A stretch of DNA of 64,000 bases from an uncultured Nitrospinota bacterium (lineage in GTDB: Bacteria > Tectomicrobia > Entotheonellia > J063 > CAVPRW01), in the NCBI GenBank assembly GCA_963707985.1, contig CAVPRW010000040.1:1-64000 (forward strand), read 5' to 3'. Positions 49,286 through 60,219 of the stretch are shown one piece after another. Positions within the stretch are counted from its first letter, which is position 1. Every line of letters begins with the position of its first letter. The notes under the pieces were generated by a model, which ran no database searches, was not told where the DNA came from, and worked only from the letters and a program-made list of their open reading frames with translations. The translations under genes and the position numbers were made by a program.

Positions 49286-49966
49286 TCATTCCGTTTTCAA
49301 CACGTAACCGACACCACGTATCGTGTGGAGTAACTTGGGCTCTCGACCGGCATCGACTTTCTTGCGTAGATAATTGACATAGACATCGATGACGTTCGTG
49401 GAGGTATCAAAGGAGTAATCCCATACATGTTCGGCGATCATGGTGCGGGTCAGCACGCGACCAGGGTTACGCATAAAATAGTCGAGGAGGGCAAATTCGC
49501 GCGGCGTCAAGTCGATCTTTTCGTCTCCTCGGGTGACAGTGCGCCGAGCAGGATCGAGCATCAGATCATCGATGCGTAGGACCGTCGGTTCCCCTTCCGT
49601 GCGCCGTCGCAGCAAGGCCCGCACCCGCGCTACTAGCTCCTGAAACGCGAAGGGCTTGGTCAGGTAGTCGTCGGCGCCGGCATCGAGTCCTAAGACTTTG
49701 TCCTCAATGGTGGCGCGCACAGTCAGGAGCAGCACGGGTGCCGATACGCCGTCGTGTCGCAAGGCCTGGAGCACACGCAGACCATCCATCTTGGGAAGGC
49801 GGATGTCAAGAATGATCAGATCGTGCACGCGCGTCAGCGCCAGGGCCAAGCCCTCCTCGCCATCGGCAGCGACGTCCACAGCATACCCCTCCTCCTCCAG
49901 ACCCTTCTTGATGAAGCTGGCGACTTTCTTTTCGTCTTCCACGACCAGGATTCGCACTGACGACAT
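49286..49966 (-). CDS. OmpR/CusR-family response regulator
   Basis: RILVVEDE, ILDIRLPKMDG, GADDYLTKPF, LTPREFALL, NVIDVYVNYLRKK and HTIRGVGY. Confidence 0.95.
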   Translation of the reverse strand: MSSVRILVVEDEKKVASFIKKGLEEEGYAVDVAADGEEGLALALTRVHDLIILDIRLPKMDGLRVLQALRHDGVSAPVLLLTVRATIEDKVLGLDAGADDYLTKPFAFQELVARVRALLRRRTEGEPTVLRIDDLMLDPARRTVTRGDEKIDLTPREFALLDYFMRNPGRVLTRTMIAEHVWDYSFDTSTNVIDVYVNYLRKKVDAGREPKLLHTIRGVGYVLKTE

Positions 49967-50146
49967 CCTCACCGTTGGGCGATAGCTGATCTCACCTCAG
50001 CCACCAACACGAACCGTTTATTCACCTTGGCACCGGACGGCGTCTATCTGCTGGCTTTCACCACTGGCACACCTCCTTGCCACGCGCCATCAGGGAGGCG
50101 ATCGCGCCGCCGATGAGCGCGCGATCGGTCATCGCCCATTACTCCT

Positions 50147-52562
50147 TCACCTCGGATCTGCATGGCGCTGCTGCCCTGGGTTTAGTGCCCTTGACATGCC
50201 GACAACTTCATCTGCCAACCGATCGAGCTCTGATTTCAGCGCCATGATGCTGGACATGGCGTCGTCGTTGAGCCTCTCCGACGGTTCCGTAGCGGATTTG
50301 GCCGCCCCCATGGAGGTCAGCCGATGGATAGAGGCCTGGGCTGCAGCGAGGCTGGCATCGCAGGCAGGGAGGTCTGCAGGAAGGCACCTACATTGGACGG
50401 CCTTTGCCAGGCGTTCGTAGCATCACCTCCAGGCATTTGGTGAAGGGTTCAAGGCCGGGGAGGATATCTCGGCCAGTCATCGCCGGCACATTGACTGCCA
50501 GGGTGGTCACACCATCGTAGAAGCGTTGATTGTAGGTGACCAGTGCGTAACTCGGTCCGATAGGGCCATGCTGAGTTTCCGGCTCACTCAGTAACCGCTG
50601 GAAGGCGGCCGCAGCGTTAGCATTCTCCAATTGTGCCTGCATACGTGTCGAGCGCAGCACATCGGGGCCGCTTGTCTGCCCGCGGTACCCCGCGATGACG
50701 CTCAGGAAGTAGTCCCGATTAGCGGCGATCGTGCGGGCCAGTTGCTCAGGGAGGCGCTCGCGCTCCCAACTCGGCCACAGCAGGTAACCCGCGAGTAACG
50801 CCAGTAGACCACCGATGACGGTGTCGACGCTGCGGATGGCAGCCACTTCCCAATTGCCTGGCTGGACAGTATTCAGCAGTAGGACGATGAACGGTGTCAA
50901 GAACAGGACGCCAAGTCCGTAGTTGTGAGCGATCAGGGAAAACGCCGGGATACCAAACAACAGGAGGAGGAAGTCGAGAGCAATCGGTCCGGTGATCGCC
51001 GCCGCCATGATGGCACCTACCACACTGCCAGCAACGGTACCAATCACGCGCTGCTTGGCTTGTTGGTAGGTGCCACCGAAGTTTGGTTTCAAAATCACCA
51101 TGGCGGTGAGTCCCACCCAGGCTCCATGTGGCAGGCTAAGGAGGGTAGGCAGCGTGGCTGCAGCGGTGGCTGTGACACCCAGCCGCAGTGCATGTCGGAA
51201 TGTTAATGAACGAAAGGTCAGGTTATCCTGGAGTTGACTGACGACGACGTCTAGTCGAGCCCTGACTGTCCGCCTTGCAATCCCTGCATCCTGCGCCACC
51301 AGAGGCAGACCATCGACTTGGGCAAGACTGTCCGCAGCGGCGTGCACCTGCCGGGTCACCACCTGCAGCGCTCGAACGATAGTTTGCAGGTCGAGGACCT
51401 CGGCACGGTCCTGTGAAGAAGCTTGCGACACCTGTTGCCGTCCGGTGAGCATAGCATCCACAGCCGCTGTGGCCTGATCCAGCGCCTTCAGGTCCAGTCC
51501 ATCGTGTTCCTGCACGATCGCCGTCGCCAGCGTTGCGACCGCAGCTGCGAGTTGCTGCACAGCAGCTTCGATCTGCGCTCGTATCCGCACGTCGTCGGTG
51601 TGGCGGAAAGGTCCCTCCAGCGTCTCCGCCAGGGCAATGGTGGTGTCGAAGATAGATCTCGCACTGCGCAACAGCACGAGCAGTTCCTGCCCTGTCGGAC
51701 TCATGCCCGCTCTGGACGTTCTCATGGTGACGATCATATCATGAGCCTGGGCCATCGCTTCGAGGGCGGCCGCCCGTTCTTGCGTCACCGACTCCGACCA
51801 GCCCGACCCAGCGTTTTCCCGACCCACCCCGATTCGGCAAGCCGCGCCGATGAAGACGCTTATCGCACGATAGCAGGCCGCCACCGATTCCCGGACCGGT
51901 TGATATGGATGCAGAGGCCACAGCCACAACGAGAGCACCATCGCCCACAGGCCGCCGCCGATGAGTGCTAGAGAGCGCTCAGCTCCTTCGGTCACTCCGG
52001 CGGGCACCCCAACCATGAGGACAAAAAGGATAAGCGACAAAAAACTCACCTTTGCTGCAGCATTCCCGTAGAGACCGGCTAACCCCGCCACGCTCGCGAA
52101 CAAGAACATCAACGGCAAGGAGAGCCACAGCGACCAGCCAACGACTGTGCCAAGCAATGCAGCAACCGCCAGACTGATCGTTGCCAGGCCCATGGTGATT
52201 GCCTTCATCCGGTATGGGCCACCGATATCGGCGAGGGAAACGTTCAGCCCACCGATGCCCACCATCATGGCAAGAGACCTATCGTCCGTGAGTTGCCCGA
52301 TGATCACCGGCACCAGCACGGCGGCTGTGGTCCGCATGCCGGTGGCCACTGATGACCTCCATGGGCCACCTGTGGCGCCTATCATCCCCATGAGAGCATG
52401 CGCTTGACTGACCAACTCTCTTCTGAGCATCGCCGGCTGCTGCCTGAGGAATAGATGATCTTCGCGGTGACGTGAGTGTTTGACGGGAATACAACCGAGG
52501 CGTCCCGGAAGCATTGAGAGGACGCAGCTCAGGCTGGAGGAGGCCGGGTAGATCATGGGCAT
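50147..52562 (-). CDS. FUSC (YccS/YhfK-like) membrane protein; frameshift near 50418
   Basis: LWLWPLHPY, SLTFRHALRLG, QRVIGTVAG, RSVDTVIGG and LLWPSWE. A second frame continues ERLAKAVQ...ELDRLADEVVGMSRAL to a TGA at 50147. The start is probably downstream of 52562. Confidence 0.88.
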
Positions 52563-52580
52563 CCTCCAGCCGATCAGGAT

Positions 52581-53297
52581 TTAATCTCGACGGCCGCCCA
52601 ATAGACGGAGGAGCATGAGAAAGAGGTTGATGAAATTGAGGTAGAGGGCGAGGGCACCGACAACGGCGTAGGAGCCCATGCGGTCCTCAGGCACCGTCGC
52701 CGCCATCTGCTTCAAGCGCTGCGCATCCCACGCTGTCAACCCGGTGAACACGATTACACCGATGGTGGAGATCAGGAATTGCAGGGCATCGTTATGCCAG
52801 AACATGCCGACGATCGACGCCAACACCAGACCGATCAGGCCCATGAAGAGGAATTGACCGACGCCGGCGAGGCTGCGCTTGGTGGTCGAGCCAAAAACCG
52901 CCAGCGCGCCGAACATGCCAGAGGTCACCAGAAAGGTAGACGCAATCGACTCTCCGGTATAGACGAGCAGGATAAACGACAGCGTCACGCCATTCAAGGC
53001 GGAATAGACCATGAACAGCGTCATTGCCGTGGTCGGCGCCAGTGTTTCGACCCTGGCCGAAAGGTAGAAGACCAGCCCGAGCTCTGCCACGATCAAACCG
53101 AAAAACAGGAATTGGTTGGTGACGATATATCGAAGCAGCGTTGGCGAACCAGCTACCATGAACGCCACAACCGCGGTGACGGCCAGGCCGATAAACATCC
53201 AGCCATAGACTTTCCGGAGAAACGTGGTGACGCGCTCGGCTGGGACTTCGGCCGTCATCCTGAACGCTGAAGGTGATCGCATATTGAACCGTTCCAT
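52581..53297 (-). CDS. Bax inhibitor-1/YccA family membrane protein
   Basis: FLRKVYGWM..GL, YSALNG.TLS, FTGLTAWDAQRLK and GALALYLNFINLFL; AGGAGG RBS. Confidence 0.93.
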   Translation of the reverse strand: MERFNMRSPSAFRMTAEVPAERVTTFLRKVYGWMFIGLAVTAVVAFMVAGSPTLLRYIVTNQFLFFGLIVAELGLVFYLSARVETLAPTTAMTLFMVYSALNGVTLSFILLVYTGESIASTFLVTSGMFGALAVFGSTTKRSLAGVGQFLFMGLIGLVLASIVGMFWHNDALQFLISTIGVIVFTGLTAWDAQRLKQMAATVPEDRMGSYAVVGALALYLNFINLFLMLLRLLGGRRD

Positions 53298-53435
53298 CTC
53301 GATCCCTCCTTGTTTGTTAAAAGACATGCCATGCCGCTTGTATGGCACGAGCCAGGAAGACACATCAGCATGGGGCAGCCTAACACAGGTTGACAGCTGT
53401 GGCAAGCATAGCTATGTATCTGATCATGATCGCGT

Positions 53436-54437
53436 TTAAGCCACTTTCCGGAGGATTTCCTCCGCGACTCGCTCCAGATAGTCCAGGCGAGCAGGCAGCT
53501 CACGAGGCAAGTTATACATCGTCAAGCTGATGTGAGTAAGTCCCAGTTCCTCACGCGTGCGCAACAGGGTTTCGACGCAGTCAGCGGTCGACCCATGCAC
53601 AGTCCAATCATGCAGGGGACGATCAAAGGACAGCGCCAGCGGCACCATGGTGGCTTCCTGCATTGCCCAGGCGCGATAATTGGCAAAGGTACGCTCCAGG
53701 TAGGCGCGACCGATACGCCCGGCGTCCTCCTGATCTTTCCCGAGCAACAACGCCCGCGAGGCGCCGAGCACGCCCGGCGAGGGCTGTCCGGCTTCGGCGC
53801 GGGCCTGCCGGTAGGTGTCGATGAGTTTGCCGATGTCCGCCCAGCTTACCTGTGGTCCGAAGAACACACCGTCGGTGAGGCGCGCCGCCCGTGCCGTAGC
53901 ACGCTCGCTCTGACACCCCATGACAATGGGTGGATGGGGTTTTTGCACCGGCGTCAAGCCCATACGCAGTTTGGTGACCCGGGCGTACTGACCGGCGAAG
54001 GTCACCTCCTCGCCGGTCCAGAGCTGTTTCATCAAGGCCAATGCTTCTTCGAGCTTGGGGACGCGATCTTTACGTGTGAGCCCCACAGCTTCGAGTTCCG
54101 CTTCGCGGTAGCCGATGGCCACGCCGAGCGTCAGCCGGCCATGTGAGATGGCATCCAAGGTCGCCACGTGTTCTGCTGCTTCGACAGGGTTGAGTAAGGG
54201 TAGAAGAATTACCAACGTCATCAGCCGCATCTCCCCGGTCTCGGGGGCGAGGCGAGCCAGGAGCGGGAACGGTTGCGGCCACACGCTCGGATGTGCCGCC
54301 CAGTGGTGTGGCGCGGAGATCCAGGCAAACCCGAGCTGCGACGCCCGGCGCGCGATGGCCACCACCTCATCGACGACCTGCGTTGGGGCGCGATCGGTTG
54401 GGCTAAAGAATGGCGTCAGATGAATGCCAATTTGCAT
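53436..54437 (-). CDS. LLM-class flavin-dependent oxidoreductase
   Basis: LGFAWISAPHH, LPLLNPVEAAEHVATLDAISHGRL.LGVAIGYR and PVQKPHPPI. Confidence 0.92.
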   Translation of the reverse strand: MQIGIHLTPFFSPTDRAPTQVVDEVVAIARRASQLGFAWISAPHHWAAHPSVWPQPFPLLARLAPETGEMRLMTLVILLPLLNPVEAAEHVATLDAISHGRLTLGVAIGYREAELEAVGLTRKDRVPKLEEALALMKQLWTGEEVTFAGQYARVTKLRMGLTPVQKPHPPIVMGCQSERATARAARLTDGVFFGPQVSWADIGKLIDTYRQARAEAGQPSPGVLGASRALLLGKDQEDAGRIGRAYLERTFANYRAWAMQEATMVPLALSFDRPLHDWTVHGSTADCVETLLRTREELGLTHISLTMYNLPRELPARLDYLERVAEEILRKVA

Positions 54438-55122
54438 AAGCGAGATCTCCTCAACAGGCCACGACACGCGATAGAGCTGGTCTTCATCTGAAGACACTAG
54501 ACGTGCAACGGGTGTCCTTCTAGGCGAATTCTCTACGGTGGTTCCCCTTCCTCATTACGGGTTTTCTTGCTTCATTATCATAGTCCAGAGTCAATAAAAA
54601 CGCTACCATAAGGCCAACCCACCCAGGTCGCTGACACCTTATTTCACCCAAGAGGCTGTGTACCGGTAGGATTGTCACCAGGCCGAGACGCATCGCAAGG
54701 TGCCACGCTGTTACTTACAGTCAGTGTTCCAAGCACAGATTCCGCCTGAGCAAAGATATCGTGGCACGCAACTACGGGGCACGATGAGCGGGATTACTGG
54801 AGTTGGAACGGGGGGAGTGGTAGGCGAGGGTTGCGATGACTCTGCATCCAGGTTTCATGTAGAATGTCTCCATCTGTGCTCCCGTCAAGCGCGCCAGAGA
54901 CGGGAAGCCACGGCAGCGTTGTTGATAGGTATCGGCGCATACTCCTACGTACAAATTTTCTCTCCATCGCACCCCCTACCTATAGTAGTCGGCTGTCCGG
55001 GAGGGTGAGAATAGTCAGAGGGTTCGCCTCTGGGCGGCGCAGCAAGGTTGCAAGCAAGCCCATTTAGGCGTAAATTTGTGGAGCCTCAACCAATTGTGAC
55101 TGTTTCGACATTAGGTGTGACG

Positions 55123-56965
55123 ATGGACCTGGAAGATAAACTCGCGCTGATGCCGTCGCAACCCGGCGTGTATCTTATGAAAAATGGGGCCGACACGATT
55201 CTCTACGTCGGCAAAGCCAAAAACCTGCGCAGCCGGGTGCGCTCCTACTTCCGCAAGGGGGGGGATGGCCGCTTCCGCATCCAGTTCTTGATTCCAAATG
55301 TCGAGGACATCGAGTTCATCGTCACCGATACGGAGAAAGAAGCCCTCATCCTCGAGAATACGCTGATCAAGGCGCACAAGCCGCGCTTCAACGTCAATTT
55401 TCGCGACGACAAGTCCTATGTCAATCTGCGGCTCGACTCGCGCGACAAATATCCACGCCTGACCGTCGTGCGCCGCCCTGCCCGCGATGGTGCCTTCTAC
55501 TTCGGACCCTATGCTTCTGCCAACTCGGTGCGCGAGACCATGCGCACACTGTCGCGTATCTTTCCGCTGCGACTGTGCACCGATCATGTGTTCAACTCGC
55601 GCACCCGACCCTGTCTCTACCACCAGATCCATCGCTGCTCGGCGCCCTGTGTCCCCGGCCATGTGTCAGATGACGAATACCAGGCGTTGGTGGAAGAAAC
55701 CGCCTTGTTCCTGAAGGGACGCGATGAAGAATTGCTGAAGATGCTCTATACGCAGATGCGGGAGGCATCCGCCGGCACTGCGCTTTGAGGAAGCTGGACG
55801 TATCTATCGGCGCATCGGCGCTATCGAGCGCACGATCGAACGGCAGAAGGTCACGAGTGGCCAGGAGCGTGACCAGGATGTCTTCGGGTTTTTCCGTGAG
55901 GCGGATAATGTGGAGATTCAGCGCTTGACGATTCGCGGCGGCAAGTTGCTCGCGGGGAAATCTGACCTCTTCACCGAACAACTCTCTCCGGATGCCGACG
56001 TCCTGGAATCCTACATCAACCAATACTATGCCGAAGGCCAGGAGCTGCCGGACGAAGTCCTCCTCCCGTTTGCCCTGGAGGGGCGTGAGGGGTTGGCTGA
56101 CCTGCTCAGCGAGCGACGTGGCAAGCGGGTCAACGTGCTGGTACCGGAGCGTGGTGAAAAACGGGCCTTGGTGGCCATGGCCAATAAAAACGCCGAGCTC
56201 AGCTTCCTGGCGCGTAAAGACCGGGAACGCAGCCAGCAGACGACGTTGGAGCAGTTGCAAGCACGTCTGCACCTGCGCAATTTTCCGCGGCGCATCGAGT
56301 GCTTCGATATGTCCAATATTCAGGGGACCAACCCGGTGGGCTCAATGGTAGCCTTCACGGATGGGGAGCCGGATAAGGCACGCTACCGGAAGTTCCAGGT
56401 GAAAACCGTCGAGGGGCCAGATGATTTCGCGAGTATGTATGAGGTGCTGTCTCGACGCTACACACGGGCCTTAGAGGAGGATGACTTACCTGATCTCATC
56501 ATGGTAGACGGTGGCAAAGGTCAACTCAATATCGCTCAGGCCGTGCTGTGGGAGCTGGGCATCGAAACACCGGACCTGATCAGCATTGCGAAAAGCCGCC
56601 TTAAACCGGTACAGGGGGCGGAGGAGAAACACCGCACCGACGAACGTTTTTTCATTCCGGGCCGGAAGAATCCAGTGATTCTGCCGGCCAATTCTGCGGG
56701 ATTGTTTCTCTTGCAGCGGGTTCGCGATGAAGCACATCGCTTTGCCATCACCTATCACAAGAACCGCCGCGCCAAGGCAGCCGTGCATTCGGCCCTCGAC
56801 GACATCCCCGGCATTGGGTCCAAGCGCCGAATAGCCCTGCTGCGGCATTTCGGCAGCGTCAACGCCATCGCCGCTGCCAGCCCAGAGGCGATCCAAGAGG
56901 TGGCCATGGTGAGTCGTCAGCCTCGCCGAGTTGATCATCCAGTCGCTACAGAAGGAGCAGCATGA
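55123..56965 (+). CDS. uvrC: Excinuclease ABC subunit C; frameshifts near 55775 and 56920
   Basis: PGVYLMKN...YVGKAKNLRSRVRSYF, EALILENTLIK, RIECFDMSN, PDLIMVDGGKGQL, LQRVRDEAHRFAITYH and HhH IPGIG, spread over two ORFs. Confidence 0.95.
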
Positions 56966-57706
56966 AAACGTATAAGGCGGTGATCTTCGACCTGTTCGAC
57001 ACCTTGGTGGATTTCGATCGCACGCAGATTCCTACGGTGACGATCGATGGCCGCGAGATACGCTCAACGGCAGGGGAAACGTATCAGGTCCTGGCACAAC
57101 TATGCGCCGCACACGACCTTTGACACATATTACCAGGTGCTCAGCGCCGTCACGAAGGAATTGCTGGCTATACGAGAGCGCGATCATCTGGAAATCCCGG
57201 CGCGCCGTCGCTATGAAATGCTCTGCGATCGTCTCGGGATGCCGCGGGAAGCCTCCACCGAGTCCTGCATCGATGGCATGCTCGCTACGCATCATCGCTA
57301 TATGCACGACTCCACGGTCTGCCCCCCAGAACGCATCCAGGTGCTAAAAACCCTGCAGGCGCGCTACCCGCTGGGGTTGCTGTCGAATTTCGATAGCGCT
57401 GCGACCGGAATGAAAATCCTTGCCACGCACGGCTTGCACCCGTACTTCAGCCCGATCCATATCTCCGAAGCCATTGGCTACCGGAAGCCACGACGCGAGG
57501 CTTTCCTGCATACGGCGGGGGCCATGCGAGTGCTCCCTCAGGAGGTACTATTCATCGGCGATACGTTTGCGCTGGACGTGGTTGGAGCGAAAAGCGTCGG
57601 CATGGATGCGGCCTGGTTCGATCGCCAGAAAACTCCCCCAGATCTGGACAAGGCGCAACCAGACTACACCATCACCCGCCTCACCGAGCTCCTTGAGCTC
57701 CTCTAA
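56962..57706 (+). CDS. HAD-superfamily hydrolase; frameshift near 57070-57110
   Basis: AAGGAG RBS; MKTYKAVIFDLFDTL (motif I, manual translation), LSNFD, YRKP and FIGDTFALDVVGA. Confidence 0.9.
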
Positions 57707-57709
57707 AAC

Positions 57710-58891
57710 ATGGCAGCCATTCCCTACGTCCTGTCGGCCGAGCCTTACTATAAGGCTTTTCACGAAAACCTCCTGGCCTGGGGGGAAACGCATCCGCCGG
57801 TGGTGGCCGACCAGTTCGTCTGCATCAAAGCCGACTTTCGCTCCCAGTATGCCCAGCAGTTATGTCCAGACGACCAGGATGAGGCTGAAAATGTAGCCTT
57901 CGCGCTGCCACTGGTGTTGCCGCGGCGCCCGGGGCCATTCGAGCGGGTCATCATCATCCTGCACGGCCTCAATGAGAGCGAATATCGCAAGTTTTTCCCC
58001 TGGGCCTGCACACTGGCCAGCACTGGCTTCCCGGTGGCCATGTTCCCCATCACCTTCTTGGTCAATCGTCGCCCACGGCACTGGATGGGTAATGCGGTGA
58101 CGCAGCGCTGTTTACAGGAGCGCCAGGGGATACCAGGGAATTCTGTCGCCACCCGCTATAACACGCTCTTAAGTGAACGGCTGGATCGCCATCCAGAGCG
58201 ACTGTTTCTGGGGGGCCTACAGAGCTATGGCGATCTTCTCGATCTGACGGCAAGTCTGCGCTCCGGCACACTGATGGTGGAGGATGGCCAGCATGGCACG
58301 CTGGTGCCTCAGCAACCATTTGCCATGGGCACTCGAATCGATTTTCTCGCCTATTCGATCGGGGGCTACCTGACTCTGAGCCTGTTGTTGGGAGAAGGGG
58401 ACGGACCCGATTTGTCGATCAGCCGAGCGGTGATCTTTGCTGCTGGAGCGCCCTTTGCACATCCCGACCCAGCCTTGATCGCCAATACGCTGAGCCCTTT
58501 CATCCTGGATGGGATTGCCACTGAGCGCGTACGGCAGTTCTATGGGTCGGCGGGAGCCGAGCCCTGGCTAGATAATCCACAGGGACTTTGGTGCCGGGCC
58601 ATCTTCCGAGCCCAGCACAACGTGCTCGACTCACCGCTGCAGCGGATTCGCCCGCGTCTGTTCACTATTGGTAATACGGCTGACACAGTGGTCCCGCCGG
58701 CCGGCATGGGGGAGACGTTTGGCTCACTGGACTGCCTATTGTCGCTGGGGGCGCATGAGTATCCTTTCAGCCTGGCGGATGTCCGGCAGGCTGGAGTCAC
58801 CCGCAGCATCGTCAGAAGTTATAATGTGCATCCAAGCTACGAGGCGGGATTTCGGCGCTTCATGCAGGCGATTATCGACTTCTTGGGATGA
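57710..58891 (+). CDS. Alpha/beta hydrolase-fold protein (DUF6051-like)
   Basis: ILHGLNE, FPITF.VNRRP, nucleophile elbow AYSIGG, ADTVVP and HEYPF. Confidence 0.75.
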   Translation: MAAIPYVLSAEPYYKAFHENLLAWGETHPPVVADQFVCIKADFRSQYAQQLCPDDQDEAENVAFALPLVLPRRPGPFERVIIILHGLNESEYRKFFPWACTLASTGFPVAMFPITFLVNRRPRHWMGNAVTQRCLQERQGIPGNSVATRYNTLLSERLDRHPERLFLGGLQSYGDLLDLTASLRSGTLMVEDGQHGTLVPQQPFAMGTRIDFLAYSIGGYLTLSLLLGEGDGPDLSISRAVIFAAGAPFAHPDPALIANTLSPFILDGIATERVRQFYGSAGAEPWLDNPQGLWCRAIFRAQHNVLDSPLQRIRPRLFTIGNTADTVVPPAGMGETFGSLDCLLSLGAHEYPFSLADVRQAGVTRSIVRSYNVHPSYEAGFRRFMQAIIDFLG

Positions 58892-58961
58892 CATATGCGA
58901 GGGGCCATCAGCCCGAGGTTCGAAGAAGCCTCGACGGCGGGTCAGAATCATCACAGCCGTG

Positions 58962-59201
58962 TTATGACGTCCGGGTGCGATCCTGGCTTGTCCTCCCCGG
59001 CTCGGTTGGCGCAGCGGGGGCTTTCTCTTCGCTGGCTGCCTTTGGGGTGACATCGAGCTCATCCGGCTCCGAAGTGCCGCGCTTAAACTCGCGTATCGCC
59101 TTACCGAGCCCACTGCCTACTTCGGGCAGCTTTTTGCCACCAAAGATGACGAGGGCAATGACCAAGATAATGACCAGTTCCTGAAAACCTAACCCAAACA
59201 T
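58962..59201 (-). CDS. tatA: Twin-arginine translocase TatA/E subunit
   Basis: [50 protein letters not shown]. Confidence 0.96.
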   Translation of the reverse strand: MFGLGFQELVIILVIALVIFGGKKLPEVGSGLGKAIREFKRGTSEPDELDVTPKAASEEKAPAAPTEPGRTSQDRTRTS

Positions 59202-59458
59202 GTCCACCTCTCCTCCAGCAGCACAGTATATAGAGTTTTGCTGCACCCTGTACCCATACTGCTTGACCGACAATGTCAGGCACGATCAGAAGATGCCGCC
59301 ACCCCGAGAGTTACTATAACACTCACAGGTGCGATTTGCACGCACCCTTTTTGCTGCTGAAAGGCTCCAAATCCAGGCACTTGCGCTGACGGTTCGGGTC
59401 TCACTGCACGCTCTCCGTCCCATGTCTGTCAGCGCATTGGGTCCTCTCGTGTGTCACA

Positions 59459-60163
59459 CTATTGGCTCTTCAGCCGCATCTCTTCGAGAGCTGGAAACGG
59501 ATACATGGGGATGACGTTGATGGCGTGGTCAGCGACTCTTGACCCCACACCCATAAGCGCCCTGAACTCATACACGGGGGCAAACATCACGCGCTCCACC
59601 ACCAGCTGTTGGATGCGATGGAGCAGTGCCTCCCGTTTTGTCGGGTCACGCTCCACTGCCTGCTGCTCGAACAATTCGTCGAGGTCCGCCGAGCCACCCA
59701 TGGCATATGCCCCTTTGGAGTAAACAAAGGCTTCGATGCGCGTGGCGGCATTGCCCGACCCCCCACTCCCGGCCGTGAACAGCATGAACTTCACGTCTTC
59801 GGCCGTGAACGGATCGCCATTGTGGAATTTCAGCCCTTCGCGCAGCTTAAACTCATAGACCAGTCCATCAGAGCTCTCCGTCCAGGACTCGGCCAGGCTG
59901 TTGCCCATCTTCTCCCCCGGCAACGGGCGTACCAAGGCATCGTGCAGCGCATGCAGGGCGCCGTAAGGGGTAATCTGCGCGGGGGTATCGATGGGGTCGA
60001 ACCAGGCGGGGGCAATCGTCACATGCCAGGCTAAGACCATCTCGCCTGCAGGCGCTCCCTGCACTGTGGCAACCAGGAGCAGCGGTCCGCTCACCAAAGC
60101 CAACAAGACGACAAGGGTCGCCCGGGGGCGAGTCCTCACCACTATTTCCTTCCATACGCCCAT
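59459..60163 (-). pseudogene. Family-5 ABC substrate-binding protein with a large in-frame internal deletion
   Basis: The N-terminus to LKFHNGDPFTAEDVKF is joined directly to the C-terminal GSGGSGNAATRIEAF...ERDPTKREALLHRIQ; 234 aa versus about 520 aa for intact paralogues here. Confidence 0.8.
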
Positions 60164-60219
60164 GCCAGCTCTCCGTAGACAGCCATCAGGACTATTGTGA
60201 CGAAATGCCTGGTGCGACC

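Noticed and set aside
50064..50082. TGGCAC...TTGC as a sigma-54 promoter
   Set aside because: GG-to-GC spacing is 11 rather than 10, and it faces away from the local minus-strand genes.
54500..55120. 600 bp intergenic region as an ncRNA (6S, tmRNA, tRNA)
   Set aside because: No cloverleaf, T-loop motif or long rod structure found by eye, only small hairpins; an Rfam scan would be needed.
55770..55910. Programmed frameshift or true split of uvrC
   Set aside because: No slippery sequence; similar isolated indels occur throughout the window, which favours sequencing error.
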